Assembly (NCBI GenBank): GCA_934633695.1
Contig: CAKTYT010000001.1
Span: 138,643-202,642 of the forward strand
Source: an uncultured Clostridia bacterium
GTDB lineage: Bacteria; Bacillota; Clostridia; Christensenellales; CAG-138
DNA: 64,000 bases
Direction: 5' to 3'
Made by a program: the position numbers and the translations under genes. Of this stretch, positions 10,920 to 18,762 are shown in pieces (positions within the stretch are counted from its first letter, which is position 1; each line of letters begins with the position of its first letter). The notes beneath the pieces are model-generated. The model did no database searches. It was not told where the DNA came from and worked only from the letters and a program-made list of their open reading frames with translations.

Positions 10920-11942
10920 ATGCGTACTGAAAAAAAACACCACCTGCTTGTAATCACAATTGTGTTTACACTCGTTGTGTGCATTGCAATGCAATGTTTC
11001 ACTATGGGCTGTTCAAGCACACAGACTGGAAGGAAGGACGGAAACGTTACACCGGATACCACGAGCGAATTAAATTCTGCCGGGGTAGAAGTGCATAATT
11101 CCCAAACCGTTGAAACGCAAATGACCATAACAATGGAGCCGACACCCGCTCCGACAGCAACCTCGGAGATTAAGTTAAGCCCCATGCCAACAGAGACGGT
11201 TCCCGTTGACACACCGATACCAATACCGGTGAGTTCGATGCCGTATGCCCCTGCAACGTATCCGCCGATGACGGAAATGGATTATGTTCCAGGTTATACG
11301 ACGGAACAGTATGTTAATGTTCGTGCAGAGCCATCAACTGACGCAGATATTTTGCGTATTGTTAAGCTTGGCACAGCCGTTTACATCACAGGAAGGAACG
11401 ATGATTGGTTCAAGGTTGAAATTGATGGAGTTGAAGGGTATATCGCAAGACCCTATGTTATGTCAGGGCAGTATGAAACTCCGACTCCGACCCCTGCACC
11501 TACACCGAGGCCCACACCGAAGCCTACACCTTCTTCAATGTACACCGTTCAACCGGGGCAGTTCAGTGAATACGATATTAAACTTGTTGCCGCTCTGATC
11601 CATGCAGAGGGTCCGGGCAGTACGAAGGTCGGCTATCGTGCAATTGCAAGCATAATCTTAAATAGAGTTATGAATGGTTCAGGGTGGTTTCCGAACGATG
11701 TTTCGGGTGTGCTTTTTCAAAAAGGTCAATTTGGCTACAGCCGAGCATACCTCGAGTCTTTAAATCCAAACAGTGTTGCCCTTGCCGCTGCAAGATATGT
11801 TTTTCAGACGCACGGATCGACTTTGCCTAAAAAAGTGTTGTTTTACAGAGCCTCTTATCTTGGCAGGAACTGGACGGATTACACGAAATACTACGCAACA
11901 ATTGAGGGCAACTGTTACTTCTATGGAATAAAATACTATTGA
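10920..11942 (+). CDS. lipoprotein with SH3 domain and SleB-type cell-wall hydrolase domain
   Basis: Signal peptide with a lipobox 'FTMGC'. Pro/Thr-rich linkers, an SH3-like stretch 'VNVRAEPSTDADIL...GYI', and a C-terminal 'LVAALIHAEGPG...ASIILNRV' (Hydrolase_2-like). Confidence 0.7.
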   Translation: MRTEKKHHLLVITIVFTLVVCIAMQCFTMGCSSTQTGRKDGNVTPDTTSELNSAGVEVHNSQTVETQMTITMEPTPAPTATSEIKLSPMPTETVPVDTPIPIPVSSMPYAPATYPPMTEMDYVPGYTTEQYVNVRAEPSTDADILRIVKLGTAVYITGRNDDWFKVEIDGVEGYIARPYVMSGQYETPTPTPAPTPRPTPKPTPSSMYTVQPGQFSEYDIKLVAALIHAEGPGSTKVGYRAIASIILNRVMNGSGWFPNDVSGVLFQKGQFGYSRAYLESLNPNSVALAAARYVFQTHGSTLPKKVLFYRASYLGRNWTDYTKYYATIEGNCYFYGIKYY

Positions 11943-11965
11943 TATAAACCTTAAGGCTAAGAAAC

Positions 11966-12006
11966 AATAATACCACAGTTCAATTTGAAAGGTGGTATTA
12001 TTTTTT
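11966..12006 (+). terminator. intrinsic terminator-like hairpin abutting the next start codon
   Basis: AATAATACCAC (11966-11976) pairs with GTGGTATTATT (11992-12002), followed by a T-run up to 12006. ATG follows at 12007. Confidence 0.55.
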
Positions 12007-14388
12007 ATGAAGGCAATTATAATGGCAGGCGGAGAGGGAAAGCGACTCCGTCCGATTACCTGTACCATGCCGAAGCCCATGGTACCCGTTTTAAATCGTC
12101 CGATTTTAGAATACACGATGGAGCTTTTGAAAAAACATGGCATAACCGATGCCGTTTACACCCTTCACTATATGGGAGAAACAATACGGAATTACGTTGG
12201 CGATGGCAGCAGATGGGGACTTAAATGCAGCTTTGCTGAATCTGACAAACCACTTGGTACCGCAGGCAGTGTAAGGCAGGCTGTTGAAGATGCACCTGAA
12301 CGTATTATCGTTCTCAGTGGCGATGGAATAACCGATATTGACCTCACCGAGCTTATTGACGAGCATGAAAAAAGCGGTGCACCCGTTACAATTGCACTAA
12401 AAATGGTCAAGAATCCGGGTGAATATGGAATTGCGGTACTCGATAAGAAGAGTGACATAGAACGCTTTATAGAAAAACCCGATAAGAGCGAAGTTTTCAG
12501 CGACCTTGCAAACACAGGCATATACATCATCGAACCGGAAGTTGTTGAAATGATCCCAAAGGATAAGGAATTCGATTTTTCCAAAGATCTATTTCCAATG
12601 GTGATGGAGAAAAAAATGCGGATTCACGGCTGTCGTGTGAATGGCTACTGGTGTGATGTTGGAGACATTGCAGAGCTGCGTCGGGCACAGGCAGATATGC
12701 TCAACGGAAAATGCAAGTTTTATACTTCCGCAATGAATTATGCAGGTATCTTTGTTGAAGCAAATGCTCAAATTTCGAATTCAGCAACGCTCATTCCGCC
12801 GTGCTATATAGGCAGTGGCGTTCAAATAGCAGACAAAGTAATAATTGAGCCTTACTCAGTTATTGGCAGTAATGCTATCATTGAATCGGGTACAACCGTA
12901 AAACGCTCAATTATTTTTGAAAATGCAGTAATAAGGAGCAATGCAGAGCTCCGCGGAACGGTTGTGTGTGAAAACGCTCATGTTGACAGTCGGGCATCGC
13001 TTTATGAGGGCAGCACTATCGGTGCCGGCACACATATCGGTACGGGTGTGACCGTTCGGCCCGGAGTCGGGATCTGGCCCGACAAGGAGATTGAAGGCGG
13101 CTTTAATTGCGAAGATAATTTTGTATGGGGAAACAGCGTGAGGAGAGTCGAATTTGAAGACAGCAGCATACGCGGGTATGCAGATATACAGCTGACCCCT
13201 GAGGCGGCACTGAGGCTGGGTGCAGCATTTGCGAGCAGATTAACTTTGCCTGCGAGAGCGGCAGTTTGCTGCGATGGGAGTCAGGTTTCGGTTGTTCTAA
13301 AGCATTCGGTTATTTCCGGTATCGCCTCTCAGGGTGTTGATGTAGTTGCGGTAAATACGATGAGCCGCTCGGCGTTTGGTTTTACAATTGACCAGTCAGG
13401 ATGTGAAGGCGGAATTTATGTTGAAGGCGGTTCGGGCAGAGAAACAGCTTTGATCGTCTTTGATAAAACTGGAATTGAAGCTCCGAAAGAACTAATGAGG
13501 TCGATAAAAGCAAGCTTCATTTTCGGAGAACAAAAGCCCTCTACTGCGGCGGAGCTCGGAGTTATCAGTCAGTCAAACGGTATGGAGGACGTCTACGAGA
13601 CCCATCTGACTCAGCAGGTAGATGCGGAGCTGCTGCGAAATGCGAGGAAAATCCTAAGACTCGATACGGATGAGCAGACCTTTCGAATTGTTTCACGAGT
13701 TGTTTTAAGACTCGGGTGGAAGGTGGAACGTGCCTATGGTCAAAGAATTGCCCCCGTACTTTACGAAGATGAGATTGCGATAACAAAATTCAAAAACGGT
13801 ATGCTTGCTGCCAGTGTTGACGGCATGGTGGCTGATGAAAGGAAAATCATGGCTGTTATTGCTGCAAATGCAATTGATAATGGCGAAATGAGCAAGTTTG
13901 CTCTGCCGGTATCGTTTGCCGAAGAATACAGGGAAGAACTCAAACGACGTGGTGCAGAACTTATTTTTTCGGCTGAACAGGAAGGAAAAATCAAACGTGC
14001 CGCAATGGATAACAATGCGTATTATCCTCCGCTATACGAGGAAGAGGCAATGATACTGAAGCTGTGTGAACTCTTTGCCAAAGGCAAGCTCGCCGGGTAT
14101 ATTGAGCAAATGCCGGTTCTTTATAGCGTCGAAAGAAGTATTCAAGCCGGAGGAAGAGACGTCGGCAGGATATTGAGACGGTTTGTAGATGGTGAGAATC
14201 AAGCAGATAAGGAACTTATTGATGGTGTAAAGTTGAAATTTGACACCGGATGGGTTATCGTAAAGCCGGGAAGGGGAAAGACTTCATCTTTCAGGATCGT
14301 TGCAGGAAGCAGCAGTGAAGAGTATGCTCGCGAACTTTGTGATATTTATACCGAAAAGCTCAAAAACATAAATGACAGCAATGAGTGA
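12007..14388 (+). CDS. sugar-phosphate nucleotidyltransferase fused to LbH and a PGM/PMM-like C-terminal region
   Basis: 'MKAIIMAGGEGKRLRPIT' is the NTP_transferase signature. It is followed by hexapeptide repeats and then a phosphohexomutase-like region. Start chosen at ATG 12007 rather than the track's GTG at 11992. Confidence 0.7.
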   Translation: MKAIIMAGGEGKRLRPITCTMPKPMVPVLNRPILEYTMELLKKHGITDAVYTLHYMGETIRNYVGDGSRWGLKCSFAESDKPLGTAGSVRQAVEDAPERIIVLSGDGITDIDLTELIDEHEKSGAPVTIALKMVKNPGEYGIAVLDKKSDIERFIEKPDKSEVFSDLANTGIYIIEPEVVEMIPKDKEFDFSKDLFPMVMEKKMRIHGCRVNGYWCDVGDIAELRRAQADMLNGKCKFYTSAMNYAGIFVEANAQISNSATLIPPCYIGSGVQIADKVIIEPYSVIGSNAIIESGTTVKRSIIFENAVIRSNAELRGTVVCENAHVDSRASLYEGSTIGAGTHIGTGVTVRPGVGIWPDKEIEGGFNCEDNFVWGNSVRRVEFEDSSIRGYADIQLTPEAALRLGAAFASRLTLPARAAVCCDGSQVSVVLKHSVISGIASQGVDVVAVNTMSRSAFGFTIDQSGCEGGIYVEGGSGRETALIVFDKTGIEAPKELMRSIKASFIFGEQKPSTAAELGVISQSNGMEDVYETHLTQQVDAELLRNARKILRLDTDEQTFRIVSRVVLRLGWKVERAYGQRIAPVLYEDEIAITKFKNGMLAASVDGMVADERKIMAVIAANAIDNGEMSKFALPVSFAEEYREELKRRGAELIFSAEQEGKIKRAAMDNNAYYPPLYEEEAMILKLCELFAKGKLAGYIEQMPVLYSVERSIQAGGRDVGRILRRFVDGENQADKELIDGVKLKFDTGWVIVKPGRGKTSSFRIVAGSSSEEYARELCDIYTEKLKNINDSNE

Positions 14389-14433
14389 TTCGCTTACGCA
14401 TTAGGTCTTTTTCAAGAAAGATGCATGGGGGAC

Positions 14434-14461
14434 TTGATTATTTTTCTGTACCTGATATAAT
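14434..14461 (+). promoter_or_regulatory. sigmaA-type promoter of trmL
   Basis: TTGATT (14434-14439), a 16-nt spacer, then TGaTATAAT (-10 at 14456-14461). ATG lies only 7 nt downstream. Confidence 0.5.
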
Positions 14462-14467
14462 AGAACC

Positions 14468-14929
14468 ATGTTTAACATTGTTCTTGTACAACCCGAAATT
14501 CCACAGAACACGGGTAATATTTCGAGAACTTGTGCGGTGACGGGGTGTAGGCTTCACCTCGTTCATCCGCTCGGGTTTTCAATTGATGACCGGTATCTCA
14601 AGCGTGCAGGGCTTGATTACTGGAATGAACTTGAAATTTATCATTATGATAGCTTCGAAGAAGTGGAACAGAAAAATCCCGATGCAAAATTTTGGCTGCT
14701 TTCCACGCATGCGGAGGCGAGCTTTGCCGATGCAAAATTTTCGCCGGGTGATTTTCTTGTCTTCGGAAAAGAAACGGCAGGGCTTGGTCCTGAATTGCTC
14801 ACAAGGAGAAAGCAGGACTGCATACGGATACCCATGCGTGAAAATCTCAGGTCACTCAATCTTTCAAACTCTGTTGCAATAGTTGTTTATGAAGGATTGA
14901 GGCAGAACGGCTTTGCCGGGCTTGTGTGA
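14468..14929 (+). CDS. trmL: tRNA (cytidine/uridine(34)-2'-O)-methyltransferase TrmL (SpoU family)
   Basis: 153 aa. 'IVLVQPEIPQNTGNISRTC' and C-terminal 'LNLSNSVAIVVYE'. Confidence 0.85.
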   Translation: MFNIVLVQPEIPQNTGNISRTCAVTGCRLHLVHPLGFSIDDRYLKRAGLDYWNELEIYHYDSFEEVEQKNPDAKFWLLSTHAEASFADAKFSPGDFLVFGKETAGLGPELLTRRKQDCIRIPMRENLRSLNLSNSVAIVVYEGLRQNGFAGLV

Positions 14930-14938
14930 GGAGGGAAA

Positions 14939-15586
14939 ATGAATACTTGTGAAAGAATCCTTGAAAATGGTGTTATTGCAATTGCGAGGGGAATTTACGG
15001 AGAATCGCTTATAAAAAGCGTTGAAGCGATTAAACGGGCAGGTGTGCGTGCCGTTGAGGTGACTGTCGAACAGAATGCCGATGATGATCAAACATATGAA
15101 GCGATAAGACTGCTAAGTAAGTACTTTTCGGATGAAATGGCTATAGGCGTAGGCACGGTTTTGACGACTAAGCAGCTTCAAAATGCATTCGATGCGGGAG
15201 CAAGGTACGTTGTCTCTCCGAATACTGATGAAGACATAATAAAAAAGACGAAGAAACTCGGACTTATCTCAATCCCCGGTGCAATGACCCCGTCTGAGAT
15301 TGTCAATGCCCACCGCTGCGGTGCTGATATTGTTAAAGTTTTTCCGGCGGGGATACTTGGAGCGGAATATTTTAAGGCCTTGACAGCCCCACTGACTCAT
15401 ATAAGGCTCGCAGCTGTTGCCGGAATAACGCCGGAAAACATAATCTCTTTTAAAAAGGCCGGTGCCGCTGCATTCGGAATAAGCTCCGCTATTTTCAATA
15501 AAAAACTGATAGCAAGCGGTGATTATGCCGAGATAGAACTGACAGCAAGGGTATTTGTACAGTTGACAGGCGAAAATATATGCTGA
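14939..15586 (+). CDS. eda: KDPG/KHG aldolase (Eda family)
   Basis: 215 aa TIM-barrel aldolase. Motifs 'VRAVEVT', 'GVGTVLT' and 'IVKVFPA'. Confidence 0.8.
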   Translation: MNTCERILENGVIAIARGIYGESLIKSVEAIKRAGVRAVEVTVEQNADDDQTYEAIRLLSKYFSDEMAIGVGTVLTTKQLQNAFDAGARYVVSPNTDEDIIKKTKKLGLISIPGAMTPSEIVNAHRCGADIVKVFPAGILGAEYFKALTAPLTHIRLAAVAGITPENIISFKKAGAAAFGISSAIFNKKLIASGDYAEIELTARVFVQLTGENIC

Positions 15587-15602
15587 GTGCTGAAAAAAGT
15601 GC

Positions 15603-15631
15603 TTGACAATTTGAGAAAAGGGTGCTAGAAT
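15603..15631 (+). promoter_or_regulatory. sigmaA promoter of rplU operon
   Basis: TTGACA (15603-15608), a 17-nt spacer, then TGcTAGAAT (-10 at 15626-15631). Confidence 0.65.
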
Positions 15632-15724
15632 AAGTAATTGAGCCGCACCGAAACGGTTGAAGTTTGCGTTTAAGAATTTTACGCAGCACCGCAAGGGCGA
15701 GACTGGTCAGAGGAGGAAACTTAG
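15632..15724 (+). promoter_or_regulatory. probable ribosomal protein L21 leader RNA
   Basis: A roughly 90-nt structured 5' UTR (GCGUUUAAGAAUUUUACGCAGCACCGCAAGGGCGAGAC...) sits directly upstream of rplU-prp-rpmA, where Firmicutes carry the L21 leader. No covariance model was run. Confidence 0.45.
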
Positions 15725-16030
15725 ATGTACGCAATTATCGTAACCGGTGGTAAGCAGTATAAGGTTGAAGTTGGCAGCGAAATCATGGTCGAGAAGCTCG
15801 ACGCAGAAGTCGGTGCAAACGTTAACTTTGATGTGCTTATGATGGCAGACGGCGAAACCGTTAAGATCGGCACTCCCGTTGTCAAGGGCATTTGTGCAAA
15901 CGCAGAGGTGCTTGAGCATGGCAAGGGCAAGAAGGTAATCGTTTTTAAGTATAAACCTAAAAAGGATTATCGCAAAAAGCAAGGCCATCGTCAGCCCTAC
16001 ACAAAGGTCAAGATCCTTTCAATCGGCTGA
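15725..16030 (+). CDS. rplU: 50S ribosomal protein L21
   Basis: '[17 protein letters not shown]...' is the canonical L21 N-terminus. Confidence 0.97.
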   Translation: MYAIIVTGGKQYKVEVGSEIMVEKLDAEVGANVNFDVLMMADGETVKIGTPVVKGICANAEVLEHGKGKKVIVFKYKPKKDYRKKQGHRQPYTKVKILSIG

Positions 16031-16041
16031 GAGGTAATTAT

Positions 16042-16371
16042 ATGACCGTAATAACCGTCTTTTTCAAAAATAAAAAGCCTGTTGGCTTTGAGGCGGCAGG
16101 GCATATAGGCTATGCTGGAGCCGGTGAGGATATCGTTTGTGCGGCTGTTTCAGCCGTAACGCAGACTGCTGTTCTCGGCATCACGGATCTTGTCGGTTGT
16201 TCCGCTGCATTTGAAGTCGAAGACGGTAGGCTCTTCTTTATGATTGAAAAGTCCGTTAAGGACAATATGCTTTCAAAGGCAGAGCTGATACTTGGAACGA
16301 TGCTCTTGGGCTTGCGTTCCATTCAAGAAGAATATTGTGATTATCTCAAACTGATAGAGAGGGAGGTTTAA
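16042..16371 (+). CDS. prp: ribosomal-processing cysteine protease Prp
   Basis: 109 aa lying between rplU and rpmA. Motif '[18 protein letters not shown]'. Confidence 0.9.
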   Translation: MTVITVFFKNKKPVGFEAAGHIGYAGAGEDIVCAAVSAVTQTAVLGITDLVGCSAAFEVEDGRLFFMIEKSVKDNMLSKAELILGTMLLGLRSIQEEYCDYLKLIEREV

Positions 16372-16372
16372 T

Positions 16373-16663
16373 ATGTTCAGGATTAATCTGCAGCTTTTTG
16401 CACATAAAAAGGGCGTTGGTAGCTCCCGTAACGGTCGTGAAAGCGAGTCAAAGAGGCTCGGACCGAAGCGTGCGGACGGTCAGTTCGTTCTTGCGGGCAA
16501 CATCCTTGTCAGGCAGCGTGGCACCCATTTCCATCCCGGTAACAATGTTGGTATCGGTAAGGATGATACCCTGTTCGCAAAGGTTGACGGCATCCTTCGT
16601 TTTGAAACGAAGCATGGCGGCCGCAAGTGTGTAAGTGTTTATCCCGAGGAAATTGCCGGCTAA
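16373..16663 (+). CDS. rpmA: 50S ribosomal protein L27 (with Prp-cleaved N-terminal extension)
   Basis: '[30 protein letters not shown]'. Confidence 0.97.
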   Translation: MFRINLQLFAHKKGVGSSRNGRESESKRLGPKRADGQFVLAGNILVRQRGTHFHPGNNVGIGKDDTLFAKVDGILRFETKHGGRKCVSVYPEEIAG

Positions 16664-16717
16664 GCAATCTTGAATGGTGTGGACTTTTGATTCATGCCGA
16701 ATGACTACTAAGTGTGG

Positions 16718-16748
16718 ACCGCAGTCTTTTGGCTGCGGTTTTCTTTTG
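16718..16748 (+). terminator. intrinsic terminator after rpmA
   Basis: ACCGCAG (16718-16724) pairs with CTGCGGT (16733-16739), followed by TTTCTTTTG. Confidence 0.75.
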
Positions 16749-16753
16749 TTGAT

Positions 16754-17629
16754 ATGCAATACAAAATTATTGATGAAACCCTAATCGTCGAAAACTTCGG
16801 TGGATTTGACCTTGAAAAGAGCTGCAACTGCGGACAGGCATTCAGATGGACGGGCGGTGTTCGTGATGAAAGAGTTGTTTTTACGGGTGTTTTAAGGTCG
16901 CACGCTGTTAAAGTGACACAGGACAGAAATACACTGTCAGTTTTTCCATGCAGATCCGGTGAAGAAAATATGTTCATTGATTATTTTGATCTGAACAGGG
17001 ATTATTCGGTTATTGAACAGCTTATACTGAATGATGAAAAGCTTCGCGTATGCCTTCCCGATGCATCGGGGATAAGAGTGTTTAATCAGGAACCGTTTGA
17101 GGCACTGATTTCATTCATCATTTCTGCGAACAATAACATCAAACGCATATCAGGTATTGTGGAGAGGCTGTGCAGTCTTTGCGGCGAACCGCTGGAGCTT
17201 GACGGGACGGTGCTTTTTTCATTTCCGACGGCAGAAAGGCTCAGCAGCGTCAGCGAAGATGAGCTTAAGGCCATAGGTACGGGATATAGAGCACCGTACA
17301 TTCTCGATACAGCAAGGCGTATTGCAGACGGCTATGAGCTTGAGAAACTTCGAACGGTGGGGCTTGCGGAAGCAAGAAAACAAATGATGTCTTTTATGGG
17401 AGTTGGACCTAAGGTTGCAGACTGCGTGCTCCTGTTTTCATTGGGTCATACCGATGCATTCCCGATTGATGTCTGGATTGGAAGAGCAATGAAGGAACTG
17501 TATTTTGAGAGTGAGCAACCCTCAAAAAAGGAGCTTGAGTCTGTCGTTTCATCTATGGGAAGGTATTCGGGGATCATCCAGCAATACATATTTTATCATG
17601 CACGAAAGATTAAGCTCGGAAAGCAGTGA
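16754..17629 (+). CDS. ogg: 8-oxoguanine DNA glycosylase/AP lyase (Ogg, HhH-GPD)
   Basis: HhH-GPD motif 'FMGVGPKVADCVLLF...FPIDVW'. Start moved to ATG 16754 because the track's upstream extension overlaps the rpmA terminator. Confidence 0.8.
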   Translation: MQYKIIDETLIVENFGGFDLEKSCNCGQAFRWTGGVRDERVVFTGVLRSHAVKVTQDRNTLSVFPCRSGEENMFIDYFDLNRDYSVIEQLILNDEKLRVCLPDASGIRVFNQEPFEALISFIISANNNIKRISGIVERLCSLCGEPLELDGTVLFSFPTAERLSSVSEDELKAIGTGYRAPYILDTARRIADGYELEKLRTVGLAEARKQMMSFMGVGPKVADCVLLFSLGHTDAFPIDVWIGRAMKELYFESEQPSKKELESVVSSMGRYSGIIQQYIFYHARKIKLGKQ

Positions 17630-17633
17630 GCTT

Positions 17634-18380
17634 TTAACTGAACGTATCAACTTTTGTGCCGAAAATGAGCTTAATTGTTTCTTTCAGTGCATCAAATCTG
17701 CCTTGACTGAGGTCATATATTGTGAGGTTCGACGGTGAAAGCCCAACTATTAATCCGATGATGCCATCATCACCGTTATGGTCGCACTCTATTCGGAGGC
17801 AATTCCCGTCTGTAACAGTACAGCTTCCGTCAGGTTGAAGGATAATATCAAGGTGGACGTTTCCGTTAGACCTTATGCTGCAATACGTTGAGAGCAGGCC
17901 GATAAGTTCAAGACATTCAGCATGAAGGATTCTTTCCTCGGCTGCGATGTCAACATGAACACGCCATAGCTCAATCGTCTCCTGCATACGAAAATGAAGG
18001 TAGCCCTCGACATTCAGCTCGGTATTCTCATCAAAGTATGAGCGAATTTCATCAGCTGCTTTTGATATGTCAATGTATTGTGCGGATGACTTCAATGCTG
18101 AAGGCAGTATTCTCCTCTTGTCAGCGATATCGAATGGGAGACGGTCAACGAGCGAAGCCATCTCAAAATGACGAAGGTCAAGGAGAATGAGCTCCGCAAC
18201 GGCTTCGCACAAGCCCCTGACCTGTTCCTCAGAGTTCGTATGGATGGCAGCACGGAAGGTTTTATCATCGGATTCCACAGTCACCTCAAGGCTCTGTCCG
18301 TTGAGTCTTTTTTTTAAAAGCAGGGGAAGCTCTTTTACATAATCATATGTTATGATTGAAAAAATCGACATAGCGTTCAT
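17634..18380 (-). CDS. YtxC-like sporulation protein (tentative)
   Basis: 248 aa. The 'NVEGYLHFRMQE' segment resembles the YtxC-family core. It neighbours thrS as in Bacillus, but is divergent here. Assignment is from memory only. Confidence 0.45.
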   Translation of the reverse strand: MNAMSIFSIITYDYVKELPLLLKKRLNGQSLEVTVESDDKTFRAAIHTNSEEQVRGLCEAVAELILLDLRHFEMASLVDRLPFDIADKRRILPSALKSSAQYIDISKAADEIRSYFDENTELNVEGYLHFRMQETIELWRVHVDIAAEERILHAECLELIGLLSTYCSIRSNGNVHLDIILQPDGSCTVTDGNCLRIECDHNGDDGIIGLIVGLSPSNLTIYDLSQGRFDALKETIKLIFGTKVDTFS

Positions 18381-18471
18381 AATTCCTTACTGATAATTCA
18401 AAACCGCAGCTGCTCTTTGCAGGAGCAAATCAATCTTCACTGTATTATGTGCAAAAAACAGAAAAAGGTGC

Positions 18472-18500
18472 TTGACAATTTATTCTAACTGCAATATAAT
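18472..18500 (+). promoter_or_regulatory. sigmaA promoter of thrS leader
   Basis: TTGACA (18472-18477), a 17-nt spacer, then TATAAT (18495-18500). Confidence 0.8.
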
Positions 18501-18506
18501 AAGATT

Positions 18507-18740
18507 AATCGGTCGATTGACAGGGACAGTAGCTTTTGCGTAAGCAGGAGAAGAGAGGGCGTGCCGTGGCTGTAAGCCGCCCGGATGCAGCAAAGAGTGA
18601 AGACCGGCCCTTTAGACCGCACGCACAGCGTGGCAGGAGTGCCTTACAACTCATTGAGGGGCGAACTTGTTTCGCAATCAAGGTGGAACCGCGGTAAATG
18701 CCGTCCTTGGACTTTTGTTCAGGGACGGTTTAATTTTTTT
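18507..18740 (+). promoter_or_regulatory. T-box riboswitch leader (threonine)
   Basis: AGAGAGGG stem-I element. A candidate ACC specifier sits at 18603-18605 in 'GAAGACCGG'. The conserved T-box 'AAUCAAGGUGGAACCGCGG' is at 18676-18694. The terminator pairs CCGTCCTTG (18701-18709) with CAGGGACGG (18720-18728), followed by a T-tract. Confidence 0.85.
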
Positions 18741-18762
18741 AAATTGTTTAAAGGAGATAAAA

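Noticed and set aside
18667-18762. N-terminal extensions given by the ORF track for thrS. The same issue affects ogg (16712), rimP (31712), infB (33970), the TM1266 regulator (20869), hydE (21083), hydF (23657), polC (27369), the dipeptidase (52324) and the SPT-like gene (63821).
   Set aside because: The extensions run through terminators, T-box or leader hairpins, promoters or upstream genes. Internal ATG or TTG codons with proper RBS spacing give N-termini that match the families.
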